From the NCBI GenBank assembly GCA_027067775.1, contig JAMOVK010000149.1, positions 4,379 to 68,378 of the forward strand: a stretch of 64,000 nucleotides of DNA. Reading direction: 5' to 3'. Within the stretch, counting starts at the first letter, position 1. The number at the start of each line of letters is the position of its first letter. Made by a program: the position numbers and the translations under genes. Shown one piece after another: positions 1-8,880 of the stretch. The DNA comes from Deltaproteobacteria bacterium. Lineage in GTDB: Bacteria > Desulfobacterota > Dissulfuribacteria > Dissulfuribacterales > QOAL01. Under the pieces are notes generated by a model that made no database searches, was not told where the DNA came from, and worked only from the letters and a program-made list of their open reading frames with translations.

Positions 1-423
1 CTTGGCAACAGCCATGAAATGCTGATAGAGTCCTTCCTGGCTTGGCTTGTTGTAATACGGGGTAATAACCAGGGCAGCATCGGCTCCAGCCTTTTTGGCA
101 TGCTTTGTAAGCATGATGGTCTCTTCAGTCGAGTTGGAGCCTGTGCCTGCTATTACTGGCACACGACCTCTTACCTGATCTATTGTTACCTCCACAACCC
201 TCATATGTTCATCATGTGAAAGGGTGGCAGACTCTCCAGTGGTTCCGCAGGGCACTATGCAGTGGGTCCCTGCCTTCACATGCCATTCAACAAGGTTTCT
301 GAGGCCTTGCTCATCCACCTGACCGTCTTTAAAGGGGGTAACAATGGCAACAATGGCCCCCCTGATCTCCTTCTTTGCACTGGACTTTTTCTTTGTCTTT
401 TTGGCCCTGGATGCACATGCCAT
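1..423 (-). CDS. dapA: 4-hydroxy-tetrahydrodipicolinate synthase, N-terminal 141 codons (gene runs off the left edge)
   Basis: Not in the ORF track because there is no stop in the window. Own reverse translation from ATG 423..421 gives [102 protein letters not shown]. These are DapA hallmark motifs ([21 protein letters not shown]). GGGAGG lies ~9 nt upstream of the ATG. Confidence 0.85.
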   Translation of the reverse strand, partial: MACASRAKKTKKKSSAKKEIRGAIVAIVTPFKDGQVDEQGLRNLVEWHVKAGTHCIVPCGTTGESATLSHDEHMRVVEVTIDQVRGRVPVIAGTGSNSTEETIMLTKHAKKAGADAALVITPYYNKPSQEGLYQHFMAVAK

Positions 424-570
424 GACTCAAAACCTCCCTATCTCTATTTAAGTTTATAAGTATGGATAATTAATTTTTTTTCTCTTAAAGGGCAAGTAAC
501 AGGTAAAAATTTTCTTATGTAACCACAAACAGCTCTCCTGCCTGAAGCTTGCCGAAAACCAACAAGAACG

Positions 571-1125
571 TTACTTAAACCTCTTGTGACACGATTTTGT
601 CATCTGATCAATTTGTTTACAGAGCTCCAGTGCCTCCTCCACCCTGCCTTGACCTGAAAGCTCTATGGTCCTTCCTATCATGTCCGTACACTCTTTCCAC
701 TCATGTGCCCATTTCTTGTCTGCATCTTTTCCATAGGTGTCAAGAGCCTTTAGAAAACCCTCTTTATCCCTAAAGGTCTCACCAGTTTTAATACATCTCT
801 TAAGGGCCTTCCACATCATGCCTATGTCCTTTTTTAGCCTTTTGGCCTTGTATGGACGCTTAGACGATTTCTGCCTGTTGGTTGAAGGTGAATCCTTTTT
901 CTGCAAAGGCCTTTTTTGTTGCCTGTCTGCCCTGATCTTCAAGACAAGTTCAAAAGCAATCTCGTTTTTTTTGACCTTTAGTGACCTTTTCAAGAAAAAC
1001 TCGTCTGGCAACTCCGCCCTGGTTGACCCGATTTCTATGAATCCATCTGCCACCTGTCCAGAAAGACGTGCAAGCTCCTGCGCCGCCTCCATTCTTGCGA
1101 TCTTCTTTTCTTTTTTAGACCCCAT
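571..1125 (-). CDS. hypothetical Lys/Arg-rich protein (184 aa)
   Basis: Track ORF, 21 nt downstream of and co-oriented with the 1147..2196 gene. No motif recognised. The opposite-strand ORFs look like antisense artefacts. Confidence 0.5.
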   Translation of the reverse strand: MGSKKEKKIARMEAAQELARLSGQVADGFIEIGSTRAELPDEFFLKRSLKVKKNEIAFELVLKIRADRQQKRPLQKKDSPSTNRQKSSKRPYKAKRLKKDIGMMWKALKRCIKTGETFRDKEGFLKALDTYGKDADKKWAHEWKECTDMIGRTIELSGQGRVEEALELCKQIDQMTKSCHKRFK

Positions 1126-1146
1126 TTGGACTCGCTGTCTCCTGTC

Positions 1147-2196
1147 TTACTGACGAATTTTTTTAGACAACTGACTTGTAAAGTCAAGGGCCCTTTGGGC
1201 CTGTTCAATGGACAGCAGGCCTGTACCACAGCTTGGAGTAACAAGTGCCTGATCCAAAAGTTTTTCGTAGGGATACCCCAAGGCGTCTGTGCAATCCTTC
1301 CATTTTGAAAAGAGTGTATCTGCATCTTCCCGTTGAAGATCATCAGGATTCAGGGTAGGAACAAGCCCCCAGGCAACAATGTTTCCCTGATCCAAAAATT
1401 CCATAAGCCTTGCCTTATACAAGATCAGTTTGTCAAAATAACTGTAGGCATCAAAGCTAAGAACCGTAACACCGGTATCAATAACCAAAGACCAATCCGT
1501 GTTGGCACATACGTGTATGCCTGATACTGCCCCGGCCTGATTTACCTCGTCCACTACGGCCTTCAAATCGGCAAGGGCCTCTTCCCTTGTGATTCCAACC
1601 AGTGCAGATGAACCAAACCCTGCCAGAGCCGGCTCATCTAAAAACAGTATTACAGTATCACAGAGCTCTTTCATCTTTTTGATCTGATAAAGGGCCTTAA
1701 GAGAGATAGCCTTTACCACAGCATCCCTTAATATCGGATTGAAAAAGCTGAGCTTTCCATCCTGATCCTTTATCCCGGTAAGCATGGTAAATGGGCCAGT
1801 GATCTGCCCCTTTAGTGCCAACGGTTTATGCTCCATCCTTGAGATTTCGTCCAAAAATGCATCAAAGCCCCTGGAAGTAGAAGAAGAAAAGGCAAACCGT
1901 GAACTTTCAATCGGAGCGCCAGCCTCCTTTATGGCGAGATAATCCTCGAAAAAGGATAGAACCTCCTGATCAAATTGTGGTGAAGCGGTATCAAAGTAGA
2001 GCTTGTCATCTTTCTCAACTATTCCAGGAAGCCCCTCTGCAAATTGACTGAGCAACCTTTCCTCTTTGTAGTATGGAAGCTGGGGCCAAAGGGGTATCTG
2101 TGGGGTATATTTTAAGATGAGCTTTACCGCCTCGTAATGATCCTTCAACGGTATACTCCCTATAAGGGTAGGCAAAGCTTTTGGTTTAAAGGTCAT
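1147..2196 (-). CDS. uncharacterised protein, possibly URO-D / MetE-C-terminal-like (TIM-barrel) superfamily
   Basis: 349-aa ORF tightly packed between rng and the 571..1125 ORF. The overall pattern (..FLDEPALAG.., ..HVCANTDW.., ..PSCGTG..) resembles cobalamin-independent MetE-like/URO-D-like proteins. The family assignment is tentative. Confidence 0.55.
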   Translation of the reverse strand: MTFKPKALPTLIGSIPLKDHYEAVKLILKYTPQIPLWPQLPYYKEERLLSQFAEGLPGIVEKDDKLYFDTASPQFDQEVLSFFEDYLAIKEAGAPIESSRFAFSSSTSRGFDAFLDEISRMEHKPLALKGQITGPFTMLTGIKDQDGKLSFFNPILRDAVVKAISLKALYQIKKMKELCDTVILFLDEPALAGFGSSALVGITREEALADLKAVVDEVNQAGAVSGIHVCANTDWSLVIDTGVTVLSFDAYSYFDKLILYKARLMEFLDQGNIVAWGLVPTLNPDDLQREDADTLFSKWKDCTDALGYPYEKLLDQALVTPSCGTGLLSIEQAQRALDFTSQLSKKIRQ

Positions 2197-2223
2197 TTCA
2201 ATCTCCCTAAACTATTAGATTTC

Positions 2224-3801
2224 TCAACTGTGAGAATGTTTCTGCTCCTTGTCCAAGTGGATGTAACTTATTTCAAACTGTTCCAGATGAAACTCTGGTC
2301 TGGGAACTATCACTATCTCTTTGTCTAAGGCCTTTTCCAACATCTCCACAAAGGAAGACTCCTCCTTCAACAGCATATCTCCAATCCTTGGATGAACCGA
2401 CACCTGGATACCGTTGGTCATGTAGGAAGGGGCGTCCCTGTTGATCTTTCTGAAGATATCATAACAGATGGTCCGTCTGGATTTCAAAACGCCTGCACCC
2501 TCACAGTAAAAACAGCGTTCGGTAAGCAGTCTCTTGAGACTCTCACGGTTTCTCTTTCTGGTCATCTGAATGAGACCAAGCTCGGACATTCTAAGGATAT
2601 TGGTCTTGCACTTGTCCTTTTTAAGAGCATCCTTCAAGGTCTTAAAAACCTTTTCCCTGCTCGAGACATCAGACATGTCTATAAAATCTATTATTATCAG
2701 CCCACCTATGTTTCTGAGCCTAAGCTGATAGGCAATCTCTTTTGCTGCCTCCAGGTTGGTTTTTAGTATAGTGTCTTCCAGGTGCCGCTTTCCCACAAAC
2801 TTACCTGTATTGACATCAATTGCAGTAAGGGCCTCGGTACTTTCAATCACGATGTAACCACCAGATTTCAGCCACACCTTTTTCCCAAGGGCCCGAGACA
2901 TGTCCATCTCTATGCCAAAGGCATCAAAGATGGGAAGGGACTCGCTGTAAAGCTCCACCCTTGGCTTGAGATCAAAGGCAAAGGTATCAATGAAATGGAT
3001 TATTCTTTCATATGCCTGACGCGAGTCCACTACCAGCCTTTGCACATCACCGGTAAACAGGTCACGCACCGCCCGCAGGGTAATGTCAAGATCTTCGTAC
3101 ACAAGGCTTGGAATGGGAAGGGCGGTGGCCTTTTGCTGAATGCTCTTCCAGAGCCTCAAGAGAAAGTCCATCTCCGCCTGAAGGTCTGTCCTGTTGGCAC
3201 CTTCACTTGCAGTGCGCGCAATAAAGCCCATGCCCTTTGGCCTAAGCTCACTGATTATTTCCTTCAGCCGTACCCTTTCAGCATCATCCTCTATACGCCT
3301 TGATATGCCAACGTGATTCATGGTGGGCATAAGGACCAAATGCCTGCCTGGAAGAGATATGTGGGAAGTGACCCTTGCACCCTTGCTGCCAACCGGTTCC
3401 TTTGTGACCTGAACCAGTATTTCCTGACCCTCATGAAGGAGATCTTCTATCCTAAAAGGAGGTGGCGTGTAATGAAGCTTGGATTCATCCGCCTCGTCAT
3501 CGTGCATACATGGCAGTTCATCTGGCTCTTCGCTGCATTCAGCACGTCCTAGCATGTGTTCAAACTCTGTAAGGTGATCGTAAACATCCGTAACGTAAAG
3601 AAAGGCTGTACGGTCAAGCCCGATGTCAACAAAGGCTGCCTGCATGCCGGGAAGCACACGAACTACCTTGCCCTTATAGATGTTGCCCACATGCCCCGGA
3701 CGCCCTGCCCTTTCCACATGAAATTCCACAGCACTCCCGCTTTCAAGAAGGGCCACCCTTGTCTCCCAGGGAGCAACATTTATAATGAGTTCAGATGCCA
3801 T
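2224..3801 (-). CDS. rng: ribonuclease G/E family endoribonuclease
   Basis: 525 aa. The N-terminal S1 domain (GNIYKGKVVRVLPGMQAAFVDIGLDRTAFLYV) and the catalytic core (..TEALTAIDVNTGKF.., ..GGLIIIDFIDM..) are typical of RNase G/CafA. Confidence 0.85.
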   Translation of the reverse strand: MASELIINVAPWETRVALLESGSAVEFHVERAGRPGHVGNIYKGKVVRVLPGMQAAFVDIGLDRTAFLYVTDVYDHLTEFEHMLGRAECSEEPDELPCMHDDEADESKLHYTPPPFRIEDLLHEGQEILVQVTKEPVGSKGARVTSHISLPGRHLVLMPTMNHVGISRRIEDDAERVRLKEIISELRPKGMGFIARTASEGANRTDLQAEMDFLLRLWKSIQQKATALPIPSLVYEDLDITLRAVRDLFTGDVQRLVVDSRQAYERIIHFIDTFAFDLKPRVELYSESLPIFDAFGIEMDMSRALGKKVWLKSGGYIVIESTEALTAIDVNTGKFVGKRHLEDTILKTNLEAAKEIAYQLRLRNIGGLIIIDFIDMSDVSSREKVFKTLKDALKKDKCKTNILRMSELGLIQMTRKRNRESLKRLLTERCFYCEGAGVLKSRRTICYDIFRKINRDAPSYMTNGIQVSVHPRIGDMLLKEESSFVEMLEKALDKEIVIVPRPEFHLEQFEISYIHLDKEQKHSHS

Positions 3802-3881
3802 AATGGCTTAGACAATAAAGGCATATCCCACAAAGTACAAGTGGCTGTTTGGAGCGTTTTTACTTAAACTGGAGGTACTCG

Positions 3882-4331
3882 ATGAGGGCGGTTTGGCAAA
3901 GGGTAAAAGAGGCCAAGGTTTCGGTAGACGGCAGGGTGCATGGCTCCATTGGCCATGGGGCCCTTGTGTTTATAGGCATGGAATCTGGAGATACCACAAA
4001 GGATCTAGATTATATAGTTGACAAGTGTGTAAACCTGAGACTTTTTGAGGATGAACAGGGCAGGTTTAACCGTTCAATAGTTGACGTTGGGGGACAAATC
4101 CTTATGGTTTCGCAATTTACCCTTCTTGGAGATTGCCGAAAGGGAAGGCGTCCATCCTTTTCCAGGGCCATGGAGCCTGGAGAGGCAAAAAGAATGTACA
4201 AACTGGCCATCAAAAAGGTAAGAAGCCGCGGTATAAGATGCGAAGAAGGGGTATTCCAGGCACACATGGAGGTGAGTCTGATAAATGACGGACCTGTAAC
4301 CGTGCTGCTCGACAGCAGGAAGGTCTTCTGA
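3882..4331 (+). CDS. dtd: D-aminoacyl-tRNA deacylase
   Basis: MRAVWQRV..VSQFTLLGDCRKGRRPSF..INDGPVT is the Dtd signature. I moved the start to ATG 3882, which has GGAGG 7 nt upstream, instead of the track start 3849. Confidence 0.9.
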   Translation: MRAVWQRVKEAKVSVDGRVHGSIGHGALVFIGMESGDTTKDLDYIVDKCVNLRLFEDEQGRFNRSIVDVGGQILMVSQFTLLGDCRKGRRPSFSRAMEPGEAKRMYKLAIKKVRSRGIRCEEGVFQAHMEVSLINDGPVTVLLDSRKVF

Positions 4332-4806
4332 GCATCTCTTCTGATCCACGTAACGCCAGAACGCTTTTGCCTTTAAAGTAGCGATTTAAAACTATTGCAA
4401 ATCCTTAGAAATTTATTATAACATCTGTTTAAATCGTCATTTTTATGATAGTCAACAGGTCTGAGGCAGGACAGTTTCACATTATCCTGACTCCGATGAT
4501 TCTTCCTCTTCATCTGTTTAGAAGGCATATGGATTATCTCCGTCTCTTTTTTTGTCATCTTGTCTTCTCCACAAAGGTAGTTTTGCTCTTAAAATCCTCG
4601 TATCCATCTCCAGTTTTTCACCTTTAAAAACATCTGCGGTAGAGACGCATCATTCCCGTTTACCAGCCTGGCATGATTTGTTTTTTCCAAACGGGGAAGT
4701 TGCCTAGAGAAGCGGCCTTGGCTTAAGAAAGTTCAGTTGTAGACAGTATGACAACCTTGTTTATCTTATCGACCAGATCCTGTCTGCCATAAATTTTGAT
4801 CCCATG

Positions 4807-5277
4807 CTAAAAATTTAGCATCTCAAACCCCTTTGTAACCTGCCGGTAAGCTTCATAAACTACAATACCTGCTGCTGTGGAAAGATTCAGACTACGTGTG
4901 CTTCCCCACATGGGTATCTGGTAGCACCTGTTAGGAAACCTTTCAATCAACCAGTCTGGAAGGCCCAGGGTCTCTTTCCCAAAAACCAGATAGCTGTCTT
5001 TGCGAAAAGGGGCCTGAGTATAAACCATCTTTGCCTTTTTGGAAAAAAGAAGAAGCCTTTCGTGGGATACATGCTCAAGAAACTTCTCCAGACATTCATG
5101 ATATTCAACATGAAGATGCCTCCAGTAATCAAGCCCGGCCCTTTTCAGCGCCTTGTCGTCGGTACGAAAACCAAGGGGTTTTACCAGGTGAAGCCTTGAA
5201 TTTGTGGCCACGCAAAGCCTGGCTATATTTCCCGTATTTGGAGGTATCTCAGGTTCTACTAGGACTACATTGAGCAT
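4807..5277 (-). CDS. trmL: tRNA (cytidine/uridine-2'-O)-methyltransferase, SpoU/TrmL type
   Basis: 156 aa. MLNVVLVEPEIPPNTGNIARLC.. and the C-terminal ..IPM.GSTRSLNLSTAAGIVVYEA match TrmL (YibK) motifs. Confidence 0.85.
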   Translation of the reverse strand: MLNVVLVEPEIPPNTGNIARLCVATNSRLHLVKPLGFRTDDKALKRAGLDYWRHLHVEYHECLEKFLEHVSHERLLLFSKKAKMVYTQAPFRKDSYLVFGKETLGLPDWLIERFPNRCYQIPMWGSTRSLNLSTAAGIVVYEAYRQVTKGFEMLNF

Positions 5278-5315
5278 GACACTGTATCAAGATGTAAGCA
5301 AGCTGGCTTAGACAG

Positions 5316-5780
5316 CTAGATCTTTCCTGCCTTTTCCCGGCATTCTTTGCAAATGCCAATCACCTCCAACTTATGCCTGATGATTTTATAATCGAAACGT
5401 TTCCCTAGATCCTTTTCTATCTGGGCAATCCTGTTATCACTAAACTCCTCGATCTTTCTGCATGTCTGGCATCTCAAGTGACAGTGGTGCTCATGACCAA
5501 AGACATGCTCGTAGTGCATCTGGCCGTTTTCAAAAAAGACCTCTTCTATCAGGTCTGCCTTGATGAGAAGGGGTATCAGGCGGTATATAGAGGCCTTTGA
5601 AACCCTGAGCCCTTTCTGTCTGATGGATATATAAAGGGAGTCAACGTCAAAATGTTCCTGCGTAGAAATTATCTCCTTTATAATGGTTTCCCTCTCTGGA
5701 GTATACCTCATGCCCTGACGTTTGAGAAAATTCCTGAAAATCTCAAGCTCAGAGGATTTTTTATTCTTTTGGACACCCAT
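5316..5780 (-). CDS. fur: Fur family transcriptional regulator
   Basis: 154 aa. It has a winged-helix N-terminus and metal sites HEHHCHLRCQTCRKIEEF ... ICKEC. Confidence 0.85.
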   Translation of the reverse strand: MGVQKNKKSSELEIFRNFLKRQGMRYTPERETIIKEIISTQEHFDVDSLYISIRQKGLRVSKASIYRLIPLLIKADLIEEVFFENGQMHYEHVFGHEHHCHLRCQTCRKIEEFSDNRIAQIEKDLGKRFDYKIIRHKLEVIGICKECREKAGKI

Positions 5781-5978
5781 TTACTATGGCCTTTTAAGAC
5801 AAGAAGTTTCCTCTTTTCAAAAGCATCTTATCTTATTACCATACCCCGTCAAGGCTTATTGACACTGAATAGCAATCTCTTTAAGGCCACCACAGGACAG
5901 CCTTACCGTTTTAAAACAGATCGCAGTGATGGCATTAAATGCAGAAAACGCCTATTTTAAAAAGGGAGGGCCCATAGG

Positions 5979-6773
5979 GTGCTTCAAAAGCTTATTGGAA
6001 AGATAAAATCTGGATGCAGCACATGTGAAAATTGCAAGGATGATCCAGACTCCCCTTCAGATCTCCAGGTCAAAAGCCTCTGTTTTGAAAAACTGCATCA
6101 AAACGAAAAAGAACAGTTTTTAAACCTACTGAAACAGACCGGCAGGGTCCTGTCTAACAAAGAGATGGACGTTGTGGATGAATTCCTTTCCCATGAAGGC
6201 CATATGTCTGGGGACTTTATCAAAAAGAGGCTCTTCCAAAAGGGAAACGATCTTCCATTGGAAGAGGTGGAAGAAATTCTTGACCTTCTTTGCAGATACG
6301 GTCTGGCACAGAAGGTACAGTTGAACGGTACAGGGCCATGGTATGAACATCTGCACCTTGGTGAAAAACATGACCATCTCATGTGTACCAGATGCGGGAA
6401 GGTTATAGAGTTTGAGGATGAAGAATTTAAAAACCAGATGAAAAAATCCGCCAGCCTTCACGGATTCCAGCCCCTTTTTCAAAAAACCACCATCTACGGC
6501 ATTTGTCCTGCCTGCAAAAAAAGACACCGTGGCGCCATTCCCCTTTCAGCTCTAAGTCAGGGAGAAAAGGCCGTCATTGTGAGTTTCTCAGGAGGTTCCA
6601 ATCTCAAGAAAAAGCTCTCGGATATGGGCCTTTTGACAGATGAACCGGTGGAGGTACTCAGTAAAAGCGGGCCAGTAATCCTTGGGGTTAAAGGCTCACG
6701 GATAGCCATTGGAAAGGGAATCGCCCAAAAGATTCTTGTCTCCCCTATAGTTAATGACAAGGAGAACTCCTGA
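5979..6773 (+). CDS. Fur-like regulator fused to a C-terminal FeoA-like domain
   Basis: GTG start with GGGAGGG ~7 nt upstream. The middle part has a Fur-type metal motif (HDHLMCTRCGKVIEF ... GICPACKK). The last ~75 aa (GEKAVIVSFSGGSNLKKKLSDMGLLTDEPVEVLSKSGPVILGVKGSRIAIGKGIAQKILV) match the FeoA/DtxR SH3-like pattern. The N-terminus adds an extra CSTCENC motif. Confidence 0.7.
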   Translation: MLQKLIGKIKSGCSTCENCKDDPDSPSDLQVKSLCFEKLHQNEKEQFLNLLKQTGRVLSNKEMDVVDEFLSHEGHMSGDFIKKRLFQKGNDLPLEEVEEILDLLCRYGLAQKVQLNGTGPWYEHLHLGEKHDHLMCTRCGKVIEFEDEEFKNQMKKSASLHGFQPLFQKTTIYGICPACKKRHRGAIPLSALSQGEKAVIVSFSGGSNLKKKLSDMGLLTDEPVEVLSKSGPVILGVKGSRIAIGKGIAQKILVSPIVNDKENS

Positions 6774-6774
6774 A

Positions 6775-7611
6775 ATGACCGGCAGCATGAAAAGTGAAAA
6801 GAGGCTTGGAACCATATGCTTTATAGGTGGTGGCCAGATGGCAGAGGCACTTATAAAGGGCCTTTTGAAAAAACAGGTCTTTGAATCAAAGGACATCTAC
6901 TGTTCCGAACCTGTTGAAAAAAGAAGAAAATATCTTCAAGAACAGTACAGAATCACTACCTTTTCCAACAACCAAGAAGCTGTAAAGAACGCAGATATTG
7001 TTCTCCTTGCAGTAAAACCCCAGGTTATGGACTTGGTGCTTGAGGAACTGAAAGCCGCAGTTCAGGCGCATCACCTGGTCATATCCATAGCTGCAGGCGT
7101 AACCATTAAAAGACTTCAGGCACTTCTTGGCCAGGACAAAAGAATAATTAGGGTAATGCCCAATACCCCTGCGCTTGTCCTGGAGGGTGCTGCAGGCATT
7201 TCAAAAGGAGACAATGCCACCCAGGAAGACCTTGACACGGCCCTTTACATATTTAATGCAATAGGAAAGGCAGTAGAGGTGCCAGAATCCCTTATGGATG
7301 CAGTTACAGGCCTGAGCGGAAGCGGGCCTGCTTACTGTTTTCAGTTCATTGAGGCCCTTATCCAGGCAGGCATTAGGGAGGGTTTGCCCCAGCCCATAGC
7401 TTCAACCCTGGCAATACAGACTGTAATCGGCTCGGCCAAGATGTGTGAAAAGACACAAAGACACCCCATAGAGCTCTTATCCATGGTAACAAGCCCGGGT
7501 GGAACAACTATTCAAGGGGTTTACCAGCTTGAAAGGAGTGGCTTTTCTGGCATCGTCATGGATGCCGTTAACGCTGCAACCAGACGTTCAAAAGAGCTTG
7601 GTGAAGAGTAA
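6775..7611 (+). CDS. proC: pyrroline-5-carboxylate reductase
   Basis: ICFIGGGQMAEALIKGL (Rossmann fold), ..RVMPNTPALV.., ..SPGGTT... Start set to ATG 6775, which has AAGGAG upstream and lies just after the upstream stop at 6771-6773. The track start 6754 overlaps the previous gene. Confidence 0.9.
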   Translation: MTGSMKSEKRLGTICFIGGGQMAEALIKGLLKKQVFESKDIYCSEPVEKRRKYLQEQYRITTFSNNQEAVKNADIVLLAVKPQVMDLVLEELKAAVQAHHLVISIAAGVTIKRLQALLGQDKRIIRVMPNTPALVLEGAAGISKGDNATQEDLDTALYIFNAIGKAVEVPESLMDAVTGLSGSGPAYCFQFIEALIQAGIREGLPQPIASTLAIQTVIGSAKMCEKTQRHPIELLSMVTSPGGTTIQGVYQLERSGFSGIVMDAVNAATRRSKELGEE

Positions 7612-7629
7612 CTGACTGATTAAAACCAG

Positions 7630-8880
7630 TTGAAAAAAGAAACGGCTCCAATAAATACCAATCTTCACATCAGGATCCTTGTTGCAATATGTTTGGCCAT
7701 TCCAGCTGGCCTTCTTTTTCATGACCCCTGGTTTACAGAAGGGTGTAGCTTTACAGGGAACCTGTTTCTTAACGCCCTGAAGATGCTGATCGTCCCTATA
7801 ATCCTTTCATCCATTGTTGCTGGAATACTGAATCTTCCCGATGTAAAAGGCCTTGGCAGGATAGGTGCTGCCACCGCCTTGTACTATCTGTCAACCAGCA
7901 TACTTGCCGTAATAACAGGCTGCATGTTTGTATTTGTCATAAAACCAGGGCTTTCGCACTCCATCCCTGCAGGACAAATCCTTGGCCTTTCGAAACAGGC
8001 CCTTGCCGATACGGTAAATCTGACCTCGAGCTCGCTTTCAGACATGAAAGACATATTTATCAGGATGATTCCTCCAAATATCGTAGCCGCTGCCGCCAAG
8101 GGACAGATGCTTGGAATAATCTTTTTTGGAATCCTCTTTGGAATATCTGGCCAGCTAATCAATCCAGACAGAAAAAAAATACTTGCCACATTGGTGCAGG
8201 CCGTCTTTGAAACCACCATGAAGATGACAGAGATAGTGATGCATTTTGCACCTGTAGGAATATTTGCACTTGTAGCAAAAGTCTTTTCCCAAACAGGCAT
8301 TGAGGCCCTAAAACCCCTTATGATCTTTTTTCTTACTGTGGTTCTGGCCCTTGGCTTTCACTTCTTTGTTTCCCTTCCCTTGCTTTTGCGTCTTTTTAGA
8401 GTTTCAGGATTTAAGCATATGAAGAATATGGCGCCAGCACTCCTGACAGCATTTTCCACAGCCTCATCTTCTGCAACATTGCCAATAACCATGGAGTGTG
8501 TTGAAAAACGGGCGGGGATCCCGAACAGGATATCAGCCTTTGTTTTGCCCCTAGGAGCAACTGTCAACATGGACGGCACGGCACTTTATGAATGCGTTGC
8601 CGCCCTTTTTATAGCCCAGGCAATGGGAATAAAGATCGGACTGTTCAAGGCCTTTGTGGTGGCCTTTACTGCAGTAATTACCTCCATTGGTGTTGCTGGT
8701 ATCCCAGCGGCAAGCCTTGTTGCCATAGCGGTGATTTTAAAGATACTTGGCCTGCCTGTCGAGGCCATCGGACCAATATTGGCAGTGGACAGGATACTTG
8801 ACATGCTAAGGACCAGTGTGAATGTCTTCAGCGATTCATGTGGAGCTGTAATTGTGTCCAGAATTGAAAAAGATGGATAA
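7630..8880 (+). CDS. dicarboxylate/amino acid:cation symporter (DAACS family)
   Basis: 416 aa and polytopic. The motifs ..TASSSATLPITM.. and ..VNMDGTALYE.. are typical of the GltP/DctA family. TTG start as in the track. Confidence 0.85.
   Translation: MKKETAPINTNLHIRILVAICLAIPAGLLFHDPWFTEGCSFTGNLFLNALKMLIVPIILSSIVAGILNLPDVKGLGRIGAATALYYLSTSILAVITGCMFVFVIKPGLSHSIPAGQILGLSKQALADTVNLTSSSLSDMKDIFIRMIPPNIVAAAAKGQMLGIIFFGILFGISGQLINPDRKKILATLVQAVFETTMKMTEIVMHFAPVGIFALVAKVFSQTGIEALKPLMIFFLTVVLALGFHFFVSLPLLLRLFRVSGFKHMKNMAPALLTAFSTASSSATLPITMECVEKRAGIPNRISAFVLPLGATVNMDGTALYECVAALFIAQAMGIKIGLFKAFVVAFTAVITSIGVAGIPAASLVAIAVILKILGLPVEAIGPILAVDRILDMLRTSVNVFSDSCGAVIVSRIEKDG

Noticed and set aside
19-459. 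Two plus-strand track ORFs (19..219 and 262..459)
   Set aside because: The minus strand here encodes a textbook DapA N-terminus that the track missed because it has no stop in the window. The plus-strand ORFs are antisense artefacts.
4655-4695. SRP (4.5S) RNA-like string GTTTACCAG
   Set aside because: Only a 9-nt coincidence. The conserved GGAA/AGCA symmetric-loop motifs and helix-8 structure are absent.
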